From Octopus bimaculoides (Eukaryota), in NCBI RefSeq assembly GCF_001194135.2, contig NC_068988.1, forward strand, positions 1,207,005-1,253,494: DNA of 46,490 nucleotides, given 5' to 3'. Made by a program: the position numbers and the translations under genes. A model generated the notes under the pieces. That model worked only from the letters and a program-made list of their open reading frames with translations, did no database searches and was not told the origin of the DNA. Below are positions 35,960 to 46,490 of this stretch, in pieces (position 1 is the stretch's first letter; each line of letters starts with the position of its first letter).

Positions 35960-36320
35960 GGAGGGGTTGGGATGCCCTTACTGCTCCCCCCCCCCGTCTC
36001 CCTTTCTCCTGGGAGGTTTCCACAGCAGTCTTCTCACCAAACCCCACCTCTATGACACCTTCCAGCCTTTCTTTCTCTCACCGCTCCTCCACCCATCGCC
36101 TCCCACCCTCCTCACAGCTTCTCTCCCACTGTCAAACTTTCTCCCTCCTTCCTCCTTGCTCCCCTATGTCACTCCCTTTTGCCCTTCCATACTCGCCCTC
36201 CCAGCTGCATCCACTCTCTTACTCCCTCCACCACCATCACCATCCCTGCACACCAGTACAGCTTTCATGCTTCACCCTCACATCAATCACCCCTTCCCTC
36301 ATATTTTCCTTCTCGCCATT
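35960..36320. repeat. Pyrimidine-rich low-complexity tract
   Basis: C/T-dominated on the + strand. Confidence 0.8.
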
Positions 36321-36500
36321 GTAGTTTTGGTGCTGGTGCTAGGAAAGATGTAACCAAGACCCCACCCCCAATAAATTGGTTGGCGTTAGGAAGAACAACC
36401 AGCCACCCTCCCACTGACTTGCTGGATCTGACCTTACCATCCGACCCACCACAAAAGACATACAAAATAATGACAATCATGATACACGCACACATCCATC

Positions 36501-36586
<86 letters not shown>

Positions 36587-36879
36587 AATGTATATATAAT
36601 TTAGAATCACCAATGGAATTCATTGCAGCAGTTTTTTTTTTTTTGTAATGGATGTCCTTCCTATCACCAAATCTCATCTATTTGAAAACAAAGTAATGGT
36701 TTTCCATGGCCAGACAAGTTTCTAAAGAAGAATGGAAGTGAAAGGCACCGATTCTATAAATGCTATCGATTATTGGTAACTATTGCCTGATGTGAAGAGA
36801 TGGAGACACAAACACGATAGGTAGATAGGTAGATAGATAAGTCGTGTGGAGCTGAGTCAAACTGTTATACACACATACA

Positions 36880-37010
36880 CACACACGATAGGCTTTTTTC
36901 AGTTTCCATCAACCGAATTCACTAACAAGGCTTTGGTCAACGTAAGGCCAATGGTGCCATGCAGTGGGACTGAAAGCAAAACCATATGACTCGGAAGTGA
37001 ACTTCTTGCA
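36880..37010 (-). mobile_element. SINE-A 5' half
   Basis: Reverse-complement match. Confidence 0.75.
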
Positions 37011-37089
37011 TATATAATTATGTGTGTGTACACACACACACACATACAAATGTGTAAGTTTGACTCAGCTCCACATGACTTTACTCGTG

Positions 37090-37120
<31 letters not shown>

Positions 37121-37364
37121 TAAATCCTCCCGTATATATGTTTATTTACTGTAAAACAAAGATAGAAAATTATGTTTCATCCGATAACGATTTTTACCCA
37201 CATGACACTCACGCACACATCGAGTTTATCAATAACATTCCTCCACAACATGGCACACTAATTCTTCAGGAAAATTAAGAAAACGAAGAGAAAACGCCTA
37301 GTTCTTCAACGATATTTGCTGTGCATCCATTTGGATCCTACTCCTACTCGAAAGCCCCTAGTAC

Positions 37365-37540
37365 CTGGATGAATTCCATCTCCCTGGAAGTAATAGACAT
37401 CGTTCAGTGTAGAGTGTATCCGAAAACGTAACGGAGAAGGCGAAACCAAAATACTACAGCTAGAAGAGGTGTGTCCCGGATCAATATTTTGTATTAACAG
37501 TGACGAGTAAAATCGTATTTAAAACGACAAAAAGGAAAAA
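37365..37540 (-). other. Alternative candidate 5' UTR / first exon
   Basis: Donor CAG|GTACTA at 37365/37364, at the low-coordinate edge of the CpG-retaining zone (14 CpG in 37261-37560). Non-repetitive sequence. Confidence 0.2.
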
Positions 37541-38206
37541 AAAAAAATAACTATCAACCGTCACCGCCACCACCACCCCTCACATGCAGGTAATCATCAG
37601 CAATGTTGCACTGCAATGCAACAGGAAGATTAGAGATATTGCTGCAACATTCAAGTGCACACACCTACCTCCAGTTGCATGCCTTGTAAAAAGCGACGGC
37701 GGCGGTGGTGGTGGTGGTGACAGGCAGTTAACATTTCACAAAGATCTAATGTTTTGGTAGGGGGGGAGGAGAGAAGAAATTAAAACTGCAAGTGCGCGGG
37801 GGGGGGGGNNNNNNNNNNNNNNNNNNNNNNNNNNNNNNNNNNNNNNNNNNNNNNNNNNNNNNNNNNNNNNNNNNNNNNNNNNNNNNNNNNNNNNNNNNNN
37901 NNNNNNNNNNNNNNNNNNNNNNNNNNNNNNNNNNNNNNNNNNNNNNNNNNNNNNNNNNNNNNNNNNNNNNNNNNNNNNNNNNNNNNNNNNNNNNNNNNNN
38001 NNNNNNNNNNNNNNNNNNNNNNNNNNNNNNNNNNNNNNNNNNNNNNNNNNNNNNNNNNNNNNNNNNNNNNNAAATTGGTCTCTGCTATATTTACATGTCC
38101 AGTTCCTTTTCTTTTTTTTTTGTATGTGTTTGTTTGTTGCTGTGATGATGCGTTGTTAAAAAGGTATAGATTTGAAAATTCAATGGTCGCAGCTGAAAAG
38201 GATGAC

Positions 38207-38248
<42 letters not shown>
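38207..38248. repeat. (ATA)n microsatellite
   Basis: Direct reading. Confidence 0.95.
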
Positions 38249-38249
<1 letters not shown>

Positions 38250-38331
38250 GCCAGCAAACCTCCATTGAAAAAATAACAAGAAAATCATGATGCTAAAGGC
38301 GAGAGAAAGAGAGAGACAGGCGGCAGCAGTA

Positions 38332-38378
<47 letters not shown>

Positions 38379-38629
38379 AACAAATAGTAAATGAGTGTAT
38401 TTTGTGGATGCAGAAATACCTGCAGAAAAACCTGATTTAAACAATTTACTAGGAAGGTGCGAGGGGTGGGGGGAGGTGATCGATTATTGATTCCCCCCTC
38501 CCCCTTTTGTTTATTATTAGTCGGCTACTAATAACAGTTAATAAGATGATATTAATATGATGGTAGTTACTGGGGGATGTACAGGAGAGGAAACCGAATT
38601 TATGCTATGGTAGAATCGATCAAGTATTC

Positions 38630-38700
38630 ACACACATACGTACACACATATATATGTGTGTGTGTGTAGCACATATGTATATATATATATATATATATTG

Positions 38701-38752
<52 letters not shown>

Positions 38753-39298
38753 CATATATATATACACACAACACACACACATATATATATAGCACATGTG
38801 TATATATATATATAGCACATGTATGTATATATATTTATATATATATATAATATATAGCACATATATAGGAATATATATAGCACATATATAGGTATATATA
38901 TAGCACACACATATATATATACATATATATATAGCACATATATATGTATATATATAGCACATATGTATATATTATATNNNNNNNNNNNNNNNNNNNNNNN
39001 NNNNNNNNNNNNNNNNNNNNNNNNNNNNNNNNNNNNNNNNNNNNNNNNNNNNNNNNNNNNNNNNNNNNNNNNNNNNNNNNNNNNNNNNNNNNNNNNNNNN
39101 NNNNNNNNNNNNNNNNNNNNNNNNNNNNNNNNNNNNNNNNNNNNNNNNNNNNNNNNNNNNNNNNNNNNNNNNNNNNNNNNNNNNNNNNNNNNNNNNNNNN
39201 NNNNNNNNNNNNNNNNNNNNNNNNNNNNNNNNNNNNNNNNNNNNNNNNNNNNNNNNNNNNNNNNNNNNNNNNNNNNNTATATATATATATATATATTG

Positions 39299-39352
<54 letters not shown>
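38630..39352. repeat. (TA)/(CA) compound array with a recurring ATATATAGCAC unit, spanning a gap
   Basis: Direct reading; N gap at 38978-39277. Confidence 0.9.
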
Positions 39353-39355
<3 letters not shown>

Positions 39356-40114
39356 TCACGGTGGTGCACCAGCATGACCGCAGCCACTTGGCTGAAACAC
39401 ATAAATAAATAAATAAATATATATATATATAGTATAATATAGTACATACATACGCACACACAAACGCATGCACGCGTGGATACACACAAATACGTACACC
39501 TATACACGCGCGCGCTCACGTACATACACAAACACACAGGCATGCCCACGCGCGCGCATGCAATAAGATAGTAAAGCAAGAAATTGATCCAGTGCGTTTG
39601 TGTCTAATTAGCGCAAGTCGAGTTAATGAATCAGAAACCTGCAGAAGTTATCATTAGATTGGCCAAGTTTCAACAGAGAGAGAGAGAGAGAAAGAGAAGT
39701 AGATAACTGAGTTTAGGTTTCGAGTTGATCTTCAAAATAAAACTAAATCAAGTAAAATATAAACTGGAGCCCACACCCAGAAAGGTTTTGCCTGGTCAAC
39801 AACAACAGCAACAGCAACAACGAGACGTAGATTATTCAATTAGAGCAACATCATGACAGGTGTCAAAATAAAACAGTTTTGCCCTGAGTTAATGACTAAT
39901 AAATGTAAATTAGGGTTATGAGGGGTGTGACCATTAACGTCAGCTGGTTGAGGTTTAAATTTCGTTCTGCTTAATCTGGGTAAAATAGTTCTGTTCAGAT
40001 ATTTTCTTGGCAACGGAAATATGAAACCAGCTCTTTCGATGTTTCCTTATCTCTAAATTAAAGTTGTTGTTTTCTTTCTTTCTTTCTATCTTCTTCAGAA
40101 AATCAGATTAGTTT

Positions 40115-40145
<31 letters not shown>

Positions 40146-40899
40146 GCAGCTATGCTTATTGACGGTGAAGAGTAATGCAGGAAATGCTTATAATGGCAGA
40201 AATGATAAACAAACCAAATAAATAAATTGTCCTGTTTGGATTTTGTTTGTGTTTGTTTTTGTCATTGGATGCTCCACGTTTTGTTTTTATTTTTAAGTAT
40301 GTAACCTAACAAACAACCTTTTTATCGATTTCGGTCACGCATCGATTATAGATCCGGACACATTCCTTCACATGTCCAGAAGCGTATTGTGAAACAAGTC
40401 TCTATTCCTTCCGTCCATAAATTAAAAAATATCAAAAGCGAGAGAGAAAAAATGTACAACGAAACGTTTAAAACGAAGTTATTGGTCCAAAAATGGGGAT
40501 CAGAAGTTGTACAATGCCCGTGCCCTTAAGGTAAGATTTTGAGAGTTATTTTCATATAACCAGGAGAAGGTCTGTCTAATAAATTGATATTTGTAGCAAT
40601 CAGGAAGCTACTATTGAGACAACAGAACTGGGCCTTGACGGTCAATAAACAGGGTACTAGGTGTAAAGATAACATAAAGTCGGATGTCATCAGATTAAGA
40701 TGCTGAGGGAATAAGGTTGTGAGAATGAAAGGGGATAATGATGGGGTCACCAAATACGTACGTGTTGGAATAGAAATGTCAAAAGAGATAAGAAATTAAC
40801 ATAGAATGAAGAGTGACACCGAGAGAGGAGAGAGAGAGAGAGAGGAACATGGTATATCAGACAAGATCGTGTGCAGTTTCCCCCAACAACCAGTGGTTT

Positions 40900-41165
40900 A
40901 TATAGCACCACCATCAGTTTGGTCGACACCAGATTCTGCTCTACTTCCAACACATTTCAAGAAAGCCTCTAAGTGGTCGCACAACCTCCTAAAAATAGCA
41001 GCCAGATCTTCCTCAAATTACATGCACTGTCCTAAAAAAAGATATGACATATTGATGACCGAGTGTCTGGTATAAGATTAAGAAAATAGAGAGAATCATC
41101 AGAGTTAGAATACCTTTGATCATAATTCTGGCTCAATCAAGCCTGACCTGGGGCTAAACAACACA
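40900..41165. mobile_element. Interspersed repeat H
   Basis: Reverse complement of the blocks at 25255-25450; ends CTGACCTGGGGCTAAACAACAAC. Confidence 0.55.
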
Positions 41166-41752
41166 CTTAAGCTTACATATGCATTATAGGTGTACAATAA
41201 AATCATAATACACTTCATATGCAGAAATATATATTCCTCTAATATTATTTATAGAACGCGTAATCTACCCGTTTCCAGGATGCGTAGGGTGTGTGTGCGC
41301 GTGTGTGTGCAAGTCTGTATGCGTATTTGTGTGTTTGTGTATGTGTGCAAGTATATATACGTGTGTGAGCATGTATGTACAGGGTGCGTGTGTGTGTGTG
41401 CATGTATGTCTCTGTGTATATGTATATATATACGTGTGTGTGTGTATGTATTTGTGTGTGTGGTCGGATTTAACAGCTCCGTGCCCCCCTGTCTGTCTGT
41501 CTGTTGTAAACGATTGCACAGTATGGGCTAATTGCCAAAAATGACCAAAAACAAACTAAACAAATCAAATATCGGAATCAGAATAAAAAGCTGAAGGCAG
41601 GAACGAAGTGGTGTCTCGGGGTTCTTTGAGAGTGAAAACCTGAAACGTAAAGAAGAGGTTTCCCAAAAAACAACAACATTTGGAGATTGGAGTTAAAACA
41701 TTTGGCCTGAACGTCACAGAAAACCGACTAGAAATCCTTTGTGTGTTCTTAC

Positions 41753-41950
41753 CCTTAAGATGGCAATCCGTGTAATATGAATGTGGTGAGATTAGTCACG
41801 ACATGACACCAGCTTTCTCCCGAGATCCCGTGTCAATGGAGTTTTAGCGTTGGTCGTTCATAAGGACCACCACCAAACGACGCCATCACCCAACTAACGT
41901 TCGGCTAATTCCGCTAGTTTCCGCCGCTTCAACTTGCTATCAACAATATA
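41753..41950 (-). other. Candidate non-coding first exon / TSS region of the ZFYVE9-like gene
   Basis: Strong donor AGG|GTAAGA at 41753/41752. CpG-dense: 13 CpG in 41761-41940 by hand count. Two GCGGAA motifs (41909-41914, 41919-41924). The upstream boundary is a guess. Confidence 0.35.
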
Positions 41951-43309
41951 TTATATTATTATTTTTTTAAATGTCTATGTATTTATATTCCAATGTGTTT
42001 ACAAATATCAAATTGATGAACTTTCTATTTGAAGAATTACAGCTGAAAAAAAAAAGAAAGCATTTTTCTTTTCTGTTTTGTTTCGTTGGTGTTGATTTCT
42101 CCACCCGCCACCACTTCAAAGCTCGTACGTAACATTTCTGTGAATTAACAGTGAAGGGGAGGAGAAAAACGAAGATAGCGGTGGCGGGAGGGTACGAGGA
42201 GAAGGAAGAGCTGGAAGAAGGGGAGGATATGAAAATTGAATGAGTGTGTGCGCGCGCGCGTGTGAATATACGTGTGAATGCGTGTGTGTGTATGTGTGCA
42301 TGTAGGGATGTATGTGTGCGCTTTCTCTCATTACGTGTGCGATTGCTTAATGAAAATCTCCCCCTTCTCTCTCTAACCCCTTCCCATTTAAGTATCAAAT
42401 CCTTTTTCTTTCTTTTACTCGTTCTCTCTTGTTTACTACAAACACTTCGAAATAGCATTTTGTCCGTTTTATTTTGACACAGAAGATAACGGCGAACATT
42501 CACATACGTCTTAAGAGATTTCTGCATTACGTGCGCACTTAGAAAAAGTTATTTTTTTTAAATGAAAAGAAATTAAAATATGTTTTTGTTTCTGTACGAA
42601 AATGGTGAAATTCTCCGATTAACACGAGAACACTATTTTCCCTTTTTCTCTTTTTCTTCAACTGAAATCAAAATATAAAGTGGTTCTAAATAAAATTCTT
42701 TAAACTTATTTGAAATTTGAAATCTTGACTCAAACGTACAAAACTTCTTTAGCTTTAATTAAAAGTGTCTCCTGTGGAAAAGACATGACTGTTAGAATTT
42801 TCTATGGCTAACCCTTATAAATTCGACGTCTTGTGACTGTTTAAGAAATCAATATATTAAAAAACAATATTGCAGACAAATCAAATTCAATCAAATATAT
42901 TTTTTATTTATGATTTACACGATGAGTATTGCAAATTATTTGACAATCTAGAACAGCTGGAGACAGCGATGAATATGAATAACTTGGGCTCAGGTGAAAA
43001 CAAACATCACGAAAATATTGTAACGCGTAGATAAAAACAAATTTAAAGGTGTGACTTCTACGTTAGATTGCAGTTTCTTAATTGCAGTTTCTTAATTTCA
43101 TTTGGTTGTAATTAGTTTATTTTAAAATTTATATCAATCAATGAAATAATCTTTTTTTGAAACAGTATTAAAGAAATTTTACATGAGATGTCGATAGTTA
43201 ATTTGCACTTCAAACAGCTGATTAGTTTAAGACTCACCTGAACATACGATTGAAATATGGGCAGCACATTTTGGCATCAGTTTTAAGTCGAGGTGTCATT
43301 CAACTTTAT

Positions 43310-43470
43310 GATGAGTTCAAATGCCGCCGTGGTCGACTTCGCGTTTCATCCTCTTGGAATCAATAAAAATAAATACGGGTCAAGTATTCGAGATCAATGT
43401 AATCGACTTCCCTATACCCTCAAAAACAGCTGACCCAGTGCCAAAATTTGCCCATTATCGTTATTTTGGA
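43310..43470 (+). mobile_element. SINE-F with CpGs retained
   Basis: GAGTTCAAATGCCGCCGTGGTCGACTTCGCGTTTCATCC...GTAATCGAC. Confidence 0.75.
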
Positions 43471-44154
43471 GAGGGCACTGGGATTTCAGGGAAATCTCGG
43501 ACAGTGGGGTTCCTCGATTATCTCTAGAGGCCTTCCTGCATCAGGCGGGCCACATCTCTATCATCCTCACCGCCGCTGCCTTTTTTTTCTTTTTAACCTT
43601 TGTATACTATGCCTATGTCCCTTCTTCTTCAGTCTATGCCGTGTAGACTTACTTTCTCTCATTTTTATTTTTTTTTTTTTTATTATTTCATTCTATGTAA
43701 AACCCCAACACTTTATCTCTGTGTTTGTATTGTCTCCCTCATCTTTCGCTCTTGTGGCAAATAAATGAAATTATTATCATTGCCTTTGCACAGCTTCTAA
43801 CGCTGGAGAGTTACTGCGGTGTCAGCTGTTCACTACCAGTGAACTAAGGTAACACCCCTTATTTTTCGAGCACCACTCGGAGTATTCGAGCGGTTCTAAG
43901 CAGTGATGTTTTCTGCAAGTGCTCCACCCTTACTGCAGCCCCTATTTGGTCCATGTACTTCTCAAGATTTTTACTCACTGTTCCCAGGGCTCCGACAATT
44001 ATTGCTTAGCAGCATTTTGTCCATCTTTACGATTTTTAAGGTCGAGGTCGATTTTGCCTTTCATTCTTTCGGGGTTGATGAAATAAGTACCAGACGAGCA
44101 TCCACTAATTATATGCCTTTCTCAGATAATTTGTCACATGATTTACACAAGGCG

Positions 44155-44550
44155 CAGGCGTGGTAAGAAGCTTGCTTCTCGAGTACAGGGTTATGGGTTC
44201 AGTCCCACTGCATGGTACCTTGGGCAAGTGTCTCCTACTACAGCCCCGGGCCGACCAAAGTATTCTGAGTGCATTTGGTGGACGGAAACTGAGAGAAGCC
44301 CATCGTGCGTGTGTGTGTGTGTGCGTGCGTGCGTGTGTCTTTGTGTCTCCATCCCACCCCTCACACCGAAACGGTGTTGGTGTGTTTACGTCCTTGTAAC
44401 TAAGAGGTTCGGCAAAGGAGACCAATAGAATAAGTACCAAGCATTAAAAAAATAAGCGCTGGGGTTGATCCATTTGACTTTAAAATTCTTCAAGGCGGTG
44501 CTCCAGCATGGCCGCAGTCCAATGACTGAAACAAGTAAAAGATAAAAGAA
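44155..44550 (+). mobile_element. SINE-A with most CpGs intact
   Basis: Family head to tail; GGGCCGACC, GACGGAAAC, TTTACGTCC, GGCGGTGC and GGCCGCAG are retained. Confidence 0.92.
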
Positions 44551-44806
44551 AAGGGAAAGGATGACGGTGCAGTCCTATCAATGCTGCAGTCCTGTAAATC
44601 CTATCAAGGATGCGGGGCTGAGAGGCACGTGCCCTCCACCACCATTTCAAGGGGGAAAGTGCGCCCTTCTAAATAATGTTATTTACTTGTAATTTGATTG
44701 AATAGCTGAGCCCTTCTGAACTTGTGTTCTCCCTTCGAAAATGTCCTGGGTCCGCGCCTGCTTTTGTCTCCTTTAAAAAAAACCATATCTTAACCGTCTC
44801 AAGGCT

Positions 44807-44942
44807 CTAGCGTAGCTAGGAGAAGTCGTAGGGGCGGCACTTTTGGGTCTGCTGTAGGCAATATGTGTTTGTGTTTTTTGTGGGGTCCATGGGCGGCAAA
44901 CGGAAGGGCCACCCCGGGCGGCACACACTCTAGCTACGCTGG
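44807..44942. mobile_element. Short GC-rich MITE
   Basis: TIRs CTAGCGTAGCTAG and CTAGCTACGCTGG (12/13). No TSD recognised. Confidence 0.55.
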
Positions 44943-44949
44943 TGTCTCT

Positions 44950-45310
44950 AAGATTCTTCCTCAGCTTCATCCGATGATTTCTGGAAAAAAAACTTTCCAT
45001 GTAAGACTTTCCCTTTCCAGTTGAGGATCTTTTCTCTAATAGTCCTCATATCATACTCCTAGAGGGTCTCGCCATTGTCACTGATCCCCTTCTTACTCAG
45101 CGCAACCTGCAACATTCTTTCGTCATTCTTCCATCACTATTCCTCAGATAGACTTGCAAAGACTTGATCTTCTTCATAGCACAGCCCTCTATTCCGAGTA
45201 ATCCTCTTCCTCGTTACTTCTAGTATGAAGACACCCATGCATAGCCATTATCTTCCTAGCTTTTCTCTCCATGTCGACAAATTCTTCTTTTAGTTCAGTG
45301 TCTTTATACA
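44950..45310 (-). mobile_element. R4/Dong-like LINE fragment (post-RT region)
   Basis: KEEFVDMERKARKIMAMHGCLHTRSN...SLQVYLRNS...KKILNWKGKVLHGKFF. Confidence 0.75.
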
Positions 45311-46069
45311 TATCAGTAAACGTGAAAACTCAATGGGCTGATGGCCTTCTTAATACTAGTTTTGAAATTTTAACCTTTCTCTAAAAATAACTGAATGTGT
45401 ACAACGGCACAGCTCAGTGACACATCAATATTAAAACTATTTAGTTACATCGGTAAATTCTCCATCAGACATGTCACCCTTGAGATCGAACTAGCTAGCA
45501 TCACTGGCAAGTGGTACCACAGATTTTGGTTTCAGAGAAATACAAAAATTCTTGCATTTCCCACGAGAGTTTCAAGATCTGATTATTCGTCTGCTGCAGT
45601 TCCTGCTAAAAGACTGCCATAATTTTGATTCCATACATCGTATTCCCAATTGCCCTAAATCATATATCTCTATTGAGATTTGTTCAAGCAGTTCTTATAT
45701 CGATTTTTTGGTCAGGTAATGTTACTTTTGCATTCGGAATTCCTATATGCTGCCATTATTTTGGGAAATTCGGCTGTCAATTTTCTTGAACTATTTTATG
45801 AGATGTAAACCTTTTGTTATTTTAAAGATTCGATGACTGTGGCTTCATCCTCTTGAAATGTTGGTGGATCAAACAGGAGAAACAGAACTCAGGAGAAGAG
45901 AATACTTTTTTTTATAATTTTTAATCGGCAGAAGTTTACAAAAGTGGGTCAAAGACAAATCACATAGCAGATCCTGGGAAGTTCCATGCACAAACTCTCG
46001 GCCCAAGAGTCATTTTTGTCACTTTCTGTCTATGACACACACATACACACTTGCATACATGCAAGCACG

Positions 46070-46235
46070 CCGTATGTACTCGTGTATAAGCCGCACCCTC
46101 AATTTTGTGTTAAATGTTTGTGCAAATTATCCCTTCAACTTGCTCTCAGCTTTGCCCCTTGAATAAGTGACATCCCAGATATTTTCTGTTAAAACCAAAT
46201 GTAAAATAGTGCGACTTATACACGAGTAAATACGG
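46070..46235. mobile_element. 166-bp Tc1/mariner (Tc2/pogo-like) MITE
   Basis: 27-bp TIRs CCGTATGTACTCGTGTATAAGCCGCAC and GTGCGACTTATACACGAGTAAATACGG (2 mismatches). TA follows the right end. Confidence 0.8.
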
Positions 46236-46452
46236 TACGTATGTCTGTCTGTCTGTCTGTATGTATGTATGTATCTTTTGTTGTCCAGTGCTCGAAATGA
46301 GGAGTAGGTGGATAGCCGACAACTGATGAAGGGTCGTTCTTTATGTTACTTGTCCTGTTTCCCACTTGTTTCTCTCGTTGTTTGCGTATTGAACTCATTT
46401 GTTTTCGTATTTCATGTTGTTTACTGTTGGTGACGTCCTGTACTCATATATG

Positions 46453-46490
<38 letters not shown>

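Noticed and set aside
35967-36604. Pro/Ser/Leu/His-rich ORFs
   Set aside because: Artefacts of a pyrimidine-rich low-complexity tract and microsatellites.
39358-39400. Apparent minus-strand mini-exon (tttcag|CCAAGTGG...CACC|gtgaga)
   Set aside because: It is the degenerate SINE-A tail (GGTGCTCCAGCATGGCCGCAG..TGACTGAAAC), with no other support.
38600-39579. Long ORFs in the track (319 aa, 216 aa and others), likewise 4935-5540, 37780-38265 and 10272-10704
   Set aside because: They run through N gaps and dinucleotide repeats (YI/HT/CV polymers) and carry no coding signal.
43231-43310. Perfect minus-strand donor CAG|GTGAGT at about 43238
   Set aside because: No supporting acceptor or promoter signature, and it abuts a SINE-F; such motifs occur by chance.
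43480-43780. ORF 43448-43768 / possible LINE 3' end
   Set aside because: It ends in AATAAA plus a short (ATT) run like a retroelement tail, but no recognisable protein motif lets me assign it.
46295-46345. GAAA...CTGATGA as a permuted hammerhead
   Set aside because: No stem III or stem I pairing and only a weak stem II.

Overview
AT-rich, microsatellite- and SINE-dense eukaryotic scaffold with six N gaps. The repeat families suggest an octopus genome (inference, not searched). Only one convincing coding exon is present: a minus-strand exon at 14821-14890 encoding MDIVDLDKVLDDFEEDE, the N-terminus of a SARA/endofin (ZFYVE9/ZFYVE16)-like gene. Most of the window is therefore intron of that gene. 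Candidate 5' UTR or first exons lie near 20.7, 37.4 and 41.8 kb, and CpG content rises sharply above about 37 kb. The rest is tRNA-headed SINEs (my ad hoc labels A-H), decayed RTE and RLE-type (R4/Dong-like) LINE fragments, and MITEs. The most striking observation is SINE-C: a tRNA-Arg-like Pol III head, an (AAT)n spacer and a Penelope-type minimal hammerhead ribozyme motif. It occurs twice as a TSD-flanked inverted (head-to-head) insertion, at 33529-34092 and 24554-24891. All four hammerhead copies here carry core mutations, so activity is inferred only for the reconstructed consensus. Repeat boundaries are approximate, read by eye, and no database search was run.
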